From assembly GCA_046331705.1 (NCBI GenBank), contig JAXLQJ010000010.1, positions 1 through 64,000 of the forward strand: a stretch of DNA of 64,000 nt. Reading direction: 5' to 3'. A program made the position numbers and the translations under genes. The notes under the pieces are model-generated. The model worked only from the letters and a program-made list of their open reading frames with translations, searched no databases and had not been told where the DNA came from. This document shows, one piece after another, positions 19,810 to 29,990 of the stretch (position 1 is its first letter; each line of letters starts with the position of its first letter). This stretch comes from a bacterium. GTDB taxonomy: Bacteria; JADJOY01.

Positions 19810-21693
19810 TCACGCCGCGGCGCGATCGGTTCGTTCGGCGAGCTTCGCGCCGGGGCTCGTGGCCGCGCCGGCCATCTGCGCCAGGTAGGGCGCGAGCGCT
19901 TTCTCGTCGAGCGTCTCGGTCGCGAGCAGCGCCGTGGCGCTCGCCTCCAGGATCTCACGCCGCGATTCGAGGATCGCGCGGGCCCGCTCGAACGAGCCAC
20001 GCACGATGGCGCGTACCGCGCAGTCGATCTCGCGGGCGGTCTCCTCGCTGTAGCTGCGCTCCCGCGCGGCGAGCGCGGCGGGGCCGAGGAAGCCCTGCGG
20101 CTCGCGGTCGTAGACCACGTGTCCCAGCTCGGGCACCATGCCGAAGCGCGTGACCATGCTGCGCGCGATCTCGGTGGCGCGGCCGAGATCGTCGGCGGCA
20201 CCGGTCGAGAGATGACCGAACACGAGGTGCTCGGCGGCGCGTCCCCCCAAGAGCACCGCCAGCTTCGCCTCCAGCTCCTCGCGCGTCATGAGGAAGCGGT
20301 CCTCGGTGGGGCGCTGGATCGTGTAACCCAGGGCGCCGATCCCGCGCGGGATGATCGAGACCTTGTGGACCGGGTCGGTCCCGGGCTGGGCGGCGGCGAC
20401 CAGCGCGTGCCCCATCTCGTGGAACGCCACGACCTTGCGCTCGCGGGGGTTCAGCAGCCGGTTGCGCTTCTCGAGCCCCGCCACGATGCGCTCGATCGCG
20501 GTGGTGAAGTCGGCCATCGCGACCGACTCCGACTGACGTCGCGTGGCCACCAGTGCCGCCTCGTTGACGAGATTGGCGAGATCGGCGCCGGTGAAGCCGG
20601 GAGTGAGCTGGGCGACTTGCTCGGCGTCCAGGTCGGCCGCGGCGACGACCTTCTTCAGGTGGACGCGTAGGATCTGCGCGCGTCCCAGGCGGTCGGGGCG
20701 GTCCACCAGCACTTGGCGATCGAAACGGCCTGCGCGCAGCAGCGCGGGATCGAGGATCTCGGGCCGATTGGTGGCGGCGAGCAGCACGATGCCGGCGGCG
20801 GCGTCGAAGCCGTCCAGCTCCACCAGCAATTGATTGAGGGTCTGCTCCTTCTCGTCGTGCCCGCCGAGCATGCCGCCCGCGTTCCGGGCGCGGCCCAGCG
20901 CATCGAGCTCGTCGACGAAGATGATGCAGGGCGCTTGCTGGCGCGCCTGCTCGAAGAGGTCGCGGACGCGCGCGGCGCCCACGCCCACGAACATCTCCAC
21001 GAACTCCGAGCCGCTGATCGAGAAGAAGGGGACGCCCGCTTCACCGGCGACGGCCCGCGCGAGCAGCGTCTTGCCGGTGCCCGGAGGGCCGACCAGCAGG
21101 ACTCCTTTCGGCATGCGTGCGCCGAGGCGGCCGTAGCTCGTGGGGGCGCGCAGGAACGCGACGATCTCCTCGAGCTCGTGCTTCGCCTCGTCCACTCCCG
21201 CGACGTCGCGGAAGGTCACCTTGGTGTCGGTCTCGACGTAGACCTTCGCCTTGCTCTTGCCGATCGAGAGCAAGCCGCCGCCCGCGCCCATCTTGCCGGC
21301 GAAGCGCTTCATGATGAACGCCCACACGCCGAAGAAGATCAGCACCGGCACGATCCACGAGAGCAGCGTCGGCAGGACGCGGCTCTCGATCCGCGCGGAG
21401 TACGCGACGCCGTGCGCGTCCAGCTCGCGCGACAGATCGGTCTCGACGCGCGTCGTGACGAAGCGGCGCTTGGGGACCGGCGCCGACTCCTTCATCTCGC
21501 CTTGGATCGTGTCGCTGCCGATCACGACTTCCTTGACGTGACCCCCGCGCAGGCGTTGCTGGAACTCGCTGTACGGAATCGGCTCCACGAACTGCGATTG
21601 CATCCAGAGATCGTGGAGCGTGATCACGCTCAGGGCGGCGATCAGGAAATAGATCACGTTGAAACGGACACTCTTGGGATTCAGCGGGGCCAT
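19810..21693 (-). CDS. ftsH: ATP-dependent zinc metalloprotease FtsH
   Basis: Start reset to MAPLNPK. Two TMs, Walker [32 protein letters not shown]. Confidence 0.95.
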   Translation of the reverse strand: MAPLNPKSVRFNVIYFLIAALSVITLHDLWMQSQFVEPIPYSEFQQRLRGGHVKEVVIGSDTIQGEMKESAPVPKRRFVTTRVETDLSRELDAHGVAYSARIESRVLPTLLSWIVPVLIFFGVWAFIMKRFAGKMGAGGGLLSIGKSKAKVYVETDTKVTFRDVAGVDEAKHELEEIVAFLRAPTSYGRLGARMPKGVLLVGPPGTGKTLLARAVAGEAGVPFFSISGSEFVEMFVGVGAARVRDLFEQARQQAPCIIFVDELDALGRARNAGGMLGGHDEKEQTLNQLLVELDGFDAAAGIVLLAATNRPEILDPALLRAGRFDRQVLVDRPDRLGRAQILRVHLKKVVAAADLDAEQVAQLTPGFTGADLANLVNEAALVATRRQSESVAMADFTTAIERIVAGLEKRNRLLNPRERKVVAFHEMGHALVAAAQPGTDPVHKVSIIPRGIGALGYTIQRPTEDRFLMTREELEAKLAVLLGGRAAEHLVFGHLSTGAADDLGRATEIARSMVTRFGMVPELGHVVYDREPQGFLGPAALAARERSYSEETAREIDCAVRAIVRGSFERARAILESRREILEASATALLATETLDEKALAPYLAQMAGAATSPGAKLAERTDRAAA

Positions 21694-21734
21694 GCTCGTG
21701 CTCCGGGTGAAGGGGGGTGGTCGGGTTGTGTGGC

Positions 21735-22070
21735 TCAGCGGCTCGTGGCCCGCATGCTCGCGGGGCGCGCGTCGCGTCGGATCGATCGAGCGACCGCTCG
21801 GCCGGCTCGATCGGCCGCGTCGGAGATCGCCGCGTAGAGGTCCTCGTGACGGGTCTCGATGTGCACGTCCCGGCTCGCCTCGATACAGACCTCGAGGCGG
21901 CAGCTCTTGTCGACGCCGCCGTGGTGGGGACCGTTGAGGTCGCCGATCGAGACCCGCACGACACGGATACGATCGTCGAAGCGGCCCAGCGCGAAGCGCA
22001 GACGGCGCTCGGCGTGGTCGCGGATGGATTCGGTCGGCTCGATTCCTCGATCGCGGATCTCGACTCGCAT
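21735..22070 (-). CDS. HPF/RaiA-family ribosome-associated protein
   Basis: HAERRLRFALGRF, DLNGPHHGGVDKSCR, DLYAAISDAADR. AGGAG RBS. Confidence 0.85.
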   Translation of the reverse strand: MRVEIRDRGIEPTESIRDHAERRLRFALGRFDDRIRVVRVSIGDLNGPHHGGVDKSCRLEVCIEASRDVHIETRHEDLYAAISDAADRAGRAVARSIRRDARPASMRATSR

Positions 22071-22150
22071 GGGGATCTCCTGGCCTGCGCTTCGTGTTCG
22101 GTATGCGTTGACCTCGTTCGAGCGAGCGCAACCTATGGATCGAGCGAGAC

Positions 22151-22195
22151 ATCGACAAATAGAAAGTTCAGCGGCAATACATCGAGAATGGCGAT
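22151..22195. promoter_or_regulatory. Probable LysR (NhaR) operator pair
   Basis: AT-rich patch with dyad ATCG-N7-CGAT (T-N11-A) at 22181-22195 and a degenerate ATCG-N7-GAAA at 22151-22165, upstream of hpf-ftsH-terC. Confidence 0.6.
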
Positions 22196-22469
22196 CCATG
22201 AGCTCGCCCGAACGCTCGTTGGCTTTCGGGGTCGCGTGGGATTCGATCGCCGCGGGTGCACGCGAGCGGCGCACGGATCTGGTGCGGCGCAGCGCGGCAA
22301 CGGGGCTTGCGGCGCGCGGCGGAGAATCGAGATGCCCTGGCCGGTGATCCTCCTCGCGGACGCGCGCATCGTCGAGACGCGCTACGCGGGACGGCGCACG
22401 CTCGACGACCTACAGGCGGCGCTTCGCGGCACGCTCGCGCGTGGCGCGCGATCCGCACACGAGGTGAGC

Positions 22470-22778
22470 ATGTTGTTCCTGGTCATCGAGACCTTCCGCG
22501 GCGGCGATCCCGCGCCCGTCTATCGTCGGTTCGGCGAACGGGGTCGGATGGCGCCCGAGGGGCTGACGTACCTCGGGAGCTGGGTCGCGACGGACCTCAC
22601 ACGCTGCTATCAGCTCATGGAGTGCGCCGACACCGCCTTGCTCGACACGTGGATGGAGGCGTGGCGCGATCTCGTGGACTTCGAGGTCGTGCCGGTGATC
22701 ACGTCGGCGGAGGCGGCCGCGGCGGTGGCCGAGCGTTCGTCGCCCGCGCCCGCGTCACCTGGCCGGTGGGGATCCTGA
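22470..22778 (+). CDS. DUF3303-family small protein
   Basis: MLFLVIETF...VYRRF...GRMAPEGL..GSWV..DLTRCYQLMEC...WRDLVDFEVVPV. GAGG RBS. Confidence 0.8.
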   Translation: MLFLVIETFRGGDPAPVYRRFGERGRMAPEGLTYLGSWVATDLTRCYQLMECADTALLDTWMEAWRDLVDFEVVPVITSAEAAAAVAERSSPAPASPGRWGS

Positions 22779-22793
22779 TACCCTGCGCACGCG

Positions 22794-23693
22794 ATGGAAT
22801 GGCTCAACTACCACCACCTGCTCTACTTCTGGGTGGTCGCGCGCGAAGGCAGCATCGCCAAGGCCACGCGCGAGCTGCGTCTCGCGCAGCCCACCATCAG
22901 CGGCCAGCTCCGCATGCTCGAACGGTCGCTGGGCACGAGACTGCTGCGGCGCGAGGGACGCGGGCTGGTGCTCACCGAGATGGGCCAGATCGTGTACCGC
23001 TACGCCGACGAGATCTTCTCGATCGGGCGCGAGCTGATGGACACCGTGAAGGATCGGCCCACGGGACGGCCGCTTCGGTTCACGGTGGGTATCGCCGACG
23101 CGATCCCGAAGCTCGTTGCGTACCGGCTCATCGAGGCGGCGCTCAAGCTGCCCGAGCCAGTCGCGCTGGTGTGTCGCGAGGATCAACCCGAGCGGCTGCT
23201 CGGCCAGCTCGCGCTCCACGAGCTCGACCTCGTCATCTCCGACGGCCCGTTGCCACCCGGGGTGAGCGTGCGCGCGTTCAACCACTTGCTGGGCGAATGC
23301 GGCGTGGCGTTCCACGCCGCGCCCGAGCTCGCGAAGCAGCTGCGGAAAGGGTTCCCGCGCTCGCTCCACGGCGCGCCGATGCTGATGCCCAGCGAGCACA
23401 CGAGCTTGCGGCGCGCGCTCGAGCAATGGTTCGACGCCCAGGAGATCCGCCCGCGCACGGTGGCCGAGTTCGACGACACGGCGTTGCTCAAGACGTTCGG
23501 GCAGTCGGGGCTCGGGGTGTTCCCGGTGTCGACGGTGATCGAGAACGAGGCGATGCGCCAGTACGGATCGCGCCGGATCGGCGTCACCGAGGACGTGCGC
23601 GAGCGCTTCTACGCGATCTCGGCGGAGCGTCGGCTCAAGCACCCGGCGGTCCTGGCGATCTGCGATCTCGCGCGCGAGAAGCTCTTCGGCTGA
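22794..23693 (+). CDS. nhaR: LysR-family transcriptional activator NhaR
   Basis: MEWLNYHHLLYFWVVAREGSI, QPTISGQL, EFDDTALLKTFG, ERRLKHPAV. Confidence 0.9.
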   Translation: MEWLNYHHLLYFWVVAREGSIAKATRELRLAQPTISGQLRMLERSLGTRLLRREGRGLVLTEMGQIVYRYADEIFSIGRELMDTVKDRPTGRPLRFTVGIADAIPKLVAYRLIEAALKLPEPVALVCREDQPERLLGQLALHELDLVISDGPLPPGVSVRAFNHLLGECGVAFHAAPELAKQLRKGFPRSLHGAPMLMPSEHTSLRRALEQWFDAQEIRPRTVAEFDDTALLKTFGQSGLGVFPVSTVIENEAMRQYGSRRIGVTEDVRERFYAISAERRLKHPAVLAICDLAREKLFG

Positions 23694-23721
23694 TGCCGGC
23701 TCGACCGGTACGCGGCGTTCG

Positions 23722-24762
23722 ATGAAACGGGTCGTGGTCCACCGCCCGGGCGGGTGGGATCGGCTGGTCCTCGAGAGCGGCGACGTGCCGCCCGTGGGCG
23801 CCGCCGAGCTGCGCATCGAGGTGGCCGCCGCGGGGGTCAACTTCGCGGACGTGGCGGTGCGGATGGGGCTCTATTCCTCCGCACGGAAGTACGTCGGCTG
23901 GCCCATCACGCCAGGCTTCGAGGTCGCCGGGCGCGTGGCCGAGCGGGGCAGCGCGATCTCCGATCTCGAGGTCGGCGACGCGGTGGTCGCGGTGACGCGC
24001 TTCGGCGGCTACGCGAGCGAGATCGTGGTGCCGCGGCATCGGGTGTGGCGGCGCCCGCCGCGACTCGACACGCTCGCCGCCGCGGGTTTTCCCGCGGTGG
24101 CGCTCACCGCCCATTTCGCGCTCTTCGAGCTGGCCCATCCCCGCGCCGGGGACACCCTGCTCGTGCACTCCGCGGGGGGCGGCGTGGGCGGGATGCTGGT
24201 CCAGCTCGGCAAGCTCGCGGGCTGCCGCGTGATCGGCGTGGTTGGCGCGACTCCCAAGGTCGAGGGCGTGCGCGCGCTCGGCGCGGACGCGGTGATCGAC
24301 GCGAGCCGTGTCGATCTCTGGAGCGAGGTGACTCGCCTCGCGCCGTCCGGGGTCGACGTGATCTTCGACGCCAACGGAGTCGCGACACTCGCGCGGAGCT
24401 ACCGACACCTCGCCGCGCCCGGAAAGCTCGTGGTCTACGGTTTCGCGACCATGTTGCCGCGCGGCGGCAGAACCGGGAGGCCGAGCTATCCGAAGCTCGC
24501 GTGGGATTGGCTGCGCACGCCGCGCTTCGACCCGCTCGACATGACCACGCGGAACCGCAGCGTGCTGGCGTTCAATCTCTCGTACCTGTTCGAGCAGCAC
24601 GAGCGGCTGAGCGCCGGCATGGAGAAGCTGCTCGAATGGCTCGATTCCGGCGCGATCCGGGCGCCGGCCGTGACGCCGTTCGCGCTCGAGCGGGTGGCCG
24701 ACGCACACCGCGCCCTGGAATCGGGACGGACCACGGGCAAGCTCGTGCTCACGATGGCGTGA
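23722..24762 (+). CDS. Medium-chain dehydrogenase/reductase (quinone reductase/VAT-1-like)
   Basis: AAGVNFAD, PGFEVAG, HSAGGGVG, GRTTGKLVL. Confidence 0.88.
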   Translation: MKRVVVHRPGGWDRLVLESGDVPPVGAAELRIEVAAAGVNFADVAVRMGLYSSARKYVGWPITPGFEVAGRVAERGSAISDLEVGDAVVAVTRFGGYASEIVVPRHRVWRRPPRLDTLAAAGFPAVALTAHFALFELAHPRAGDTLLVHSAGGGVGGMLVQLGKLAGCRVIGVVGATPKVEGVRALGADAVIDASRVDLWSEVTRLAPSGVDVIFDANGVATLARSYRHLAAPGKLVVYGFATMLPRGGRTGRPSYPKLAWDWLRTPRFDPLDMTTRNRSVLAFNLSYLFEQHERLSAGMEKLLEWLDSGAIRAPAVTPFALERVADAHRALESGRTTGKLVLTMA

Positions 24763-24783
24763 GCACGAGCGCCCCGCTCGCGC

Positions 24784-25209
24784 TCAGACCTCGATCGTCG
24801 CATCCAGCGAGATCTTCACGTTCAGCGCCCGCGACACGACGCAGCCGGCTTTCGCGCCGTCCACGATGGCGCGCACCTTGTCGGCGTCGCCGCCCGGGAC
24901 GCGCACGGTGGCGACGAGATGGCTCGCGGTGATGGTGGGCTTTCCGTCGACGGGCTCCATCGTGATGGTGCAGGCGGCATCCACGCTGCCCGGCGTGAAG
25001 CCGGCGCGCTCGAGCTCCGCCGAGGTCGCCATCGCGAAGCAGCCGGCGTGCGCCGCCGCGATCAGCTCCTCGGGATTGGTGCCGCGCTCGTCGCCGAAGC
25101 GCGTGACGAACGAATACGGGGTGCTCGCGAGCACGCCGCTATCGCTCGCCAGCGTGCCTTTTCCGGACTTGAGTGCTCCGGTCCACTGCGCCGATGCCTT
25201 TCGCTTCAT
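24784..25209 (-). CDS. osmC: OsmC-family peroxiredoxin
   Basis: MKRKASAQWTG, TNPEELIAAAHAGCF, KAGCVVSRAL. Confidence 0.92.
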   Translation of the reverse strand: MKRKASAQWTGALKSGKGTLASDSGVLASTPYSFVTRFGDERGTNPEELIAAAHAGCFAMATSAELERAGFTPGSVDAACTITMEPVDGKPTITASHLVATVRVPGGDADKVRAIVDGAKAGCVVSRALNVKISLDATIEV

Positions 25210-25414
25210 GGTCGGGTGTCCTCGCTCGTCCCGCGCATCGCACGGCGGGCCGCGTGAATGGGCTCGGCGAGAAGGTACACGCTGTGGCGCGCAGCGGCGT
25301 CGGGGCGTGAGTTCGAGCGCGAGCACCGCGCGCGTCGTGGGCGTTCCGAGCTCGAACGGAAGCCGCGATCGCTCGTCCACGGATCGCCGACCCCTGGCGG
25401 TGGGGCGGACGCGA

Positions 25415-25618
25415 TCACGCAGCGCTGCGCGTGACCGGAACGACGGGCGGCAGGAGGCGCGCTTCGACGACGTGGAGGCTCCACCCGGGGTTCTCGTCCG
25501 CGGGGGTCGGTGCGTAGACCGCGGCGACCCCCGCCCAGCGCGCGAGAACTTCGATCTCGCGGGCGCGCGCCTCGAGGATTGCGTCGTCGGGTGTCGGGCG
25601 ATGGGCGGCTGCACGCAT
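25415..25618 (-). CDS. Small hypothetical protein
   Basis: 67 aa with a strong GGAGG RBS, in an otherwise empty intergenic gap. Confidence 0.45.
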   Translation of the reverse strand: MRAAAHRPTPDDAILEARAREIEVLARWAGVAAVYAPTPADENPGWSLHVVEARLLPPVVPVTRSAA

Positions 25619-25759
25619 GCGATTCCTCCGGTTCGGGAGCTCGAGGGATGGTCGCTCGCCGCCCGCCCGGTGTTACGCGCAGCCGTGACGATCGCGGCCG
25701 TAACGAACCGGGCGGCCGTTCGACGGTACGTCAAGCAGCTCGCAACCGGAGAACTCGCC

Positions 25760-26071
25760 ATGCTCACGCCCCTTCGCAGCTCGTCACGGGAACCGGTGGT
25801 CGCGGAAGCCGCGCGCGGCGAAGCGGGGCGCGAGCCGAACCGCCTGCGCAGCGACGACGCGAGCTACGAGTGCTCGCTCTGCGGAGACACCGTGTCCGCG
25901 CGCGAGTGGGTGGCTCATCGCGACCTCGAGAACTTCGTGCTCGTCGAGATCCGGCGACTCAACCCGGGTTGGATCGAGCACGACGGCGGGTGTCGTCGCT
26001 GCATCCGCGCCTACCGTCTGCTGGGACGTGCGCGCTCCACGATGCGACGCTGGTGGCGTGCCGCCGCCTGA
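25760..26071 (+). CDS. Small putative zinc-binding protein
   Basis: GGAG RBS. CSLC...H...IRRLNPGWIEHDGGCRRC. Confidence 0.6.
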   Translation: MLTPLRSSSREPVVAEAARGEAGREPNRLRSDDASYECSLCGDTVSAREWVAHRDLENFVLVEIRRLNPGWIEHDGGCRRCIRAYRLLGRARSTMRRWWRAAA

Positions 26072-26132
26072 AGCCCGATTGGCTCATCACGACTCGGCGC
26101 GGCTGCGCCCTGCGCTCACGAGGAAACCTTTC

Positions 26133-27254
26133 ATGAAAGCCATCGCCGTCAAGCCGTCCACTCGCGAGGTCGGGATCGTCGACCACGCCGAGCCCACGCT
26201 GGTCCACCGCAACGACGTGAAGCTCAAGATGCTCGACGTCGGCGTGTGCGGAACCGACCGGGAGATCTGCGCCTTCGACTACGGCACACCGCCGTTCGGC
26301 TCGGAGCGGCTCGTGATCGGTCACGAGTCTCTCGGGCAGGTGCTCGAGCTCGGACCCGACGTGGTGGGGATCCGCGAGGGCGACTTGGTGGTGCCGATGG
26401 TGCGCCGTCCGTGTGCCCATGCCGATTGCGCCGCCTGCAGCTCCGGGCGCCAGGACTTCTGCTACACGGGCGAGTTCCGCGAGCGCGGCATCAAGGAATG
26501 CCACGGATTCATGACCGAGTACGTCGTGGACGACGCGAGCTACATGAACGTCGTGCCGAGGGAGCTGCGTGACGTGGCCGTGCTGGTGGAGCCGCTCACG
26601 ATCGCGGAGAAGGCGCTGGAGCAGCTCGCGCAGGTTCAGCTGCGGCTGCCGTGGGTGGTGTCGAAGGAGCCCGGCGCGCCGATCGGGGCGGGCCACAAAG
26701 CCGTCGTTCTCGGCGCCGGCCCGGTGGGGCTGCTCGGCGCGATGGCGTTGCTCGTCAACGGCTTCGAGACCTACGTCTACTCGCGATCGAGAAAGCCCAA
26801 CGACAAGGCGGATCTGGTGGAGTCGTTGGGCGCCAAGTACGTCGCGTCGGAGGAGGTCGACGGCAACGGGCTCGCGAAGGCGGTCGGAAACATCGACCTC
26901 GTCTACGAGGCGGTGGGCGCATCTCAGATCTCGTTCGAGGTGATGAAGGTGCTCGGCACCAACGGAGTCTTCATCTTCACCGGCGTGCCAGGGCGCAAGG
27001 CGCCGATCCAGGTCGACACCGACCTCCTGATGCGCAACCTGGTGCTCAAGAATCAGGTGGTGTTCGGCACCGTCAACGCGGGGAAGCAGACGTTCCAGCA
27101 CGCCATCCGCGATCTCGGCACGTTCGTGGAGCGCTTCCCGAAGGCGGTGAGCGCGCTCATCACCGGCCGCTTTCCGGTGGAGGCGCATCGCGAGCTGCTG
27201 CTGGGACGCGCGACGGGCATCAAGAACGTCATCCAGTTCGCCGAGCCCGCCTGA
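26133..27254 (+). CDS. Zn-dependent glucose 1-dehydrogenase (MDR family)
   Basis: GVCGTDREI, GHES, VRRPC..C..C...QDFC, ERGI, GAGPVG, GTVNA. GAGG RBS. Confidence 0.88.
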   Translation: MKAIAVKPSTREVGIVDHAEPTLVHRNDVKLKMLDVGVCGTDREICAFDYGTPPFGSERLVIGHESLGQVLELGPDVVGIREGDLVVPMVRRPCAHADCAACSSGRQDFCYTGEFRERGIKECHGFMTEYVVDDASYMNVVPRELRDVAVLVEPLTIAEKALEQLAQVQLRLPWVVSKEPGAPIGAGHKAVVLGAGPVGLLGAMALLVNGFETYVYSRSRKPNDKADLVESLGAKYVASEEVDGNGLAKAVGNIDLVYEAVGASQISFEVMKVLGTNGVFIFTGVPGRKAPIQVDTDLLMRNLVLKNQVVFGTVNAGKQTFQHAIRDLGTFVERFPKAVSALITGRFPVEAHRELLLGRATGIKNVIQFAEPA

Positions 27255-27565
27255 GTCGAGCCCGGCGCGAGACTCGCGCGCGCGGGGGCACGCGTGGCCG
27301 GCGAGGTGGTGCTCACGAAGATCCAGCTCTTCCGTCAGGGTCCGCGGCGGCACGACGACTCGCCGCTGTGGGTAGACTCGACGTTCGAGAGCGCGCGCCA
27401 ACGAGCCGTGACGCGGACTCTCGAAGAGCTCCCGCCCCAGGACAACGTGCGCGCTCACGAATCGATCGCCCTCGCAGCGCAGCGCAACCCGCTCGAATGC
27501 GCTGCTCCGCGCGGCGCCGCGGCCCTCGTCTCCGGCATCGATTCGTGGGTGCGGGGGACGCCGCC

Positions 27566-29842
27566 GTGATTCCGCGCTGGCTCGCGCGCTACGCGCGGTG
27601 GCTCCACACCGGCTGGCCGGCGGGAACCGTCGAGGCGCTTCCCGAGGTGAGCGCCGACGGAACCACGGCGGTGCCGGGTGTGCGCGTGGTCGGCGATCTC
27701 ACCGGAGTGCCGCTGCTCAAGATCGCTCTCGACAGCGGGGCGAAAGCCGTCCACGCGATCCTCGCCGAGCCCGACTTCGCCGCGCGCCGCGAGCGCGCTG
27801 GCGACCGCGACGGCGAGCGCCTCGACCTGGTGATCGTGGGCGGCGGAGTCGCCGGCATCGCCGCCGCGGTGGAAGCGGCCACGGCGGGTTTGCGTTTCGC
27901 GGTGCTGGAGGCAGGGCGGCCGTTTCAGACGATCCGCGACTTTCCAGTCGCGAAGCCCATCTTCACGTACCCGAGCGAGCTGGTGCCCGCCGGCTCGCTA
28001 CAGATCGGCGCCAGCGTGAAGGAGGCGCTCATCGAGGAGCTCGAAGCGGCGCGCACGCGCGCCGGGATCGAGCCGGTGCAAGCCCGCGCCGAGCGCATCG
28101 AGCGGCGCGGCGACGAGCTTCTCGTCCATACCGCCGGAGGCGAAGCGCGCGTGTTTCGAGCGTTGCGCGTGATCGTGGCGATCGGACGCAGCGGCGAGTA
28201 CCGCGCCCTCGGCGCGGTAGGCGAGGACCTGCCGAAGGTCTTCCACCGCCTCCACGATCCCAAGGACCATGCTGGCCGACGGGTGCTGGTCGTGGGCGGC
28301 GGCGACTCGGCGCTGGAAGCGGCGTCGGCGCTCGCCGCCGCGGGTGCCCGGGTGACCCTCAGCTACCGGGGGCGTGAGCTGTCGCGGCCGAAGCCCGAGA
28401 ACGTCGCGCGGCTGAGCGACGCGAGCGTGGAGCTTCGTCTCGCCACCACGGTACGCGAGGTGCGCCCGGACGACGTCGTGCTGCGTCACGAGAGCGGCGC
28501 GGAGGAGACGCTCGCCAACGACGTCGTGTTCGCGATGATCGGGCGCGCGGCCCCGCTCGAGCTCTTCCGGCGCTCGGGCATCCCGATCCGCGGCGAGTGG
28601 ACGCACCGCTCGCGCGTGGCCTTCGCCGCCTTCGTTCTCGCCTGTGCGTTCGTCTACAACTGGAAAGCGGGGGGCGCCCTCAACCAGCTCTTTCAGCAGA
28701 ACGGCTGGTTTCCGTACAACGTCGCCGAAGCCGCTTCGGGCGCATCGGCGCTCGCCACGGCGCTTCGGCTCACGTTTCGTGAGCCGGGGTTCCATTACTC
28801 GCTCGCCTACACGACCGCGATTCTCTGCTTCGGTGTCGCGCGAGTGCGGCGCCGCCGCACGCCCTACGTGACGCTCCAGACGGCGGCCCTCGCGGCGTTC
28901 CAGGTGCTGCCGTTGTTCCTCTTGCCGTACGTGCTGCTGCCGTGGGCCGGGCACGCGGGCTGGTTCGACGCGGGGATCGGCCGCCGCTTCGCCGATGCGT
29001 TCTTTCCGCTGGCGAGCTACGGGCAGGGGCGCGAGTACTGGCGCGCGTTCGGCTTCGTGCTGGCGTGGCCGCTCTTCATCTGGAACTTCTTCACGGCCAA
29101 GCCGATGTGGGCGTGGTTGGCCGTGGGCTGCGTTCAGACCTTCGTGCTCATCCCGTGGATGGTTCGCCGCTGGGGGAAGGGCGCTTACTGTGGCTGGATC
29201 TGCTCGTGCGGTGCCCTCGCCGAGACGATGGGGGATCTCCATCGCGGCAAGATGCCGCACGGTCCGCGCTGGAACCAGGTGAATCTCGTCGGGCAGGGAG
29301 TGCTCGCCTTCGCGAGCGCGCTCTTCGTGGCGCGCATCGCGAGCTGGAGCTTTCCGGGAAGCGCCGTCGGTCGCGGGCTGCAGTCGCTCTACGACCGCTT
29401 GGTCTCCAACGCGACGGTGCTCGGCGTGGTCCATCTCGACTACTACCACGTCGTCGACGTCTTCCTGGCCGGGATCGTCGGCGTCGGCTGCTACTTCTGG
29501 TTCTCGGGGCGCGTGTGGTGCCGCTTCGCGTGTCCGCTCGCGGCGCTCATGCACGTCTACGCGCGCTTCTCGAGGTTCCGGATCTTCGCCGACAAGAAGA
29601 AGTGCATCTCGTGCAACGTGTGCACCTCGGTGTGTCACCAGGGCATCGACGTCATGAGCTTCGCCAACAAGGGGCGCCCGATGGAGGACCCCGAATGCGT
29701 GAGGTGCTCGGCTTGCGTCGCGAGCTGCCCCACGGGCGTGCTCTCGTTCGGCAGCCTCGGGCCGGGTGGCGTCGCGTTGCTCGACCGGCTGCCGGCGTCA
29801 CGCGTGCAGCAAGCCGAAGCCCCACGCGGGCAGCCGCACTGA
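27566..29842 (+). CDS. FAD/NAD(P)-dependent oxidoreductase fused to membrane polyferredoxin (4Fe-4S) domain
   Basis: GGGVAG and GGGDSA dinucleotide motifs, TM helices, CGWICSCG, CRFACP, two CxxCxxCxxxC(P/H) motifs. Confidence 0.85.
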   Translation: MIPRWLARYARWLHTGWPAGTVEALPEVSADGTTAVPGVRVVGDLTGVPLLKIALDSGAKAVHAILAEPDFAARRERAGDRDGERLDLVIVGGGVAGIAAAVEAATAGLRFAVLEAGRPFQTIRDFPVAKPIFTYPSELVPAGSLQIGASVKEALIEELEAARTRAGIEPVQARAERIERRGDELLVHTAGGEARVFRALRVIVAIGRSGEYRALGAVGEDLPKVFHRLHDPKDHAGRRVLVVGGGDSALEAASALAAAGARVTLSYRGRELSRPKPENVARLSDASVELRLATTVREVRPDDVVLRHESGAEETLANDVVFAMIGRAAPLELFRRSGIPIRGEWTHRSRVAFAAFVLACAFVYNWKAGGALNQLFQQNGWFPYNVAEAASGASALATALRLTFREPGFHYSLAYTTAILCFGVARVRRRRTPYVTLQTAALAAFQVLPLFLLPYVLLPWAGHAGWFDAGIGRRFADAFFPLASYGQGREYWRAFGFVLAWPLFIWNFFTAKPMWAWLAVGCVQTFVLIPWMVRRWGKGAYCGWICSCGALAETMGDLHRGKMPHGPRWNQVNLVGQGVLAFASALFVARIASWSFPGSAVGRGLQSLYDRLVSNATVLGVVHLDYYHVVDVFLAGIVGVGCYFWFSGRVWCRFACPLAALMHVYARFSRFRIFADKKKCISCNVCTSVCHQGIDVMSFANKGRPMEDPECVRCSACVASCPTGVLSFGSLGPGGVALLDRLPASRVQQAEAPRGQPH

Positions 29843-29990
29843 CGTCGTCGTCTGCCTTCGCCGGCCGGCGCGCATCGGGCACCCGCGTCGAGCCGTGATC
29901 GTCCGATCGCTTTGGCGCGGGTTGAGCCAGGCGGATTCCTCGCGAATACTGGACGATCGCGCGATGGGGTGCGCAAGACGGAGGGGCGCC

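Noticed and set aside
27294-27569. 91-aa ORF overlapping the oxidoreductase start by GTGA
   Set aside because: No recognisable motif or clear RBS. It may be real but cannot be supported.
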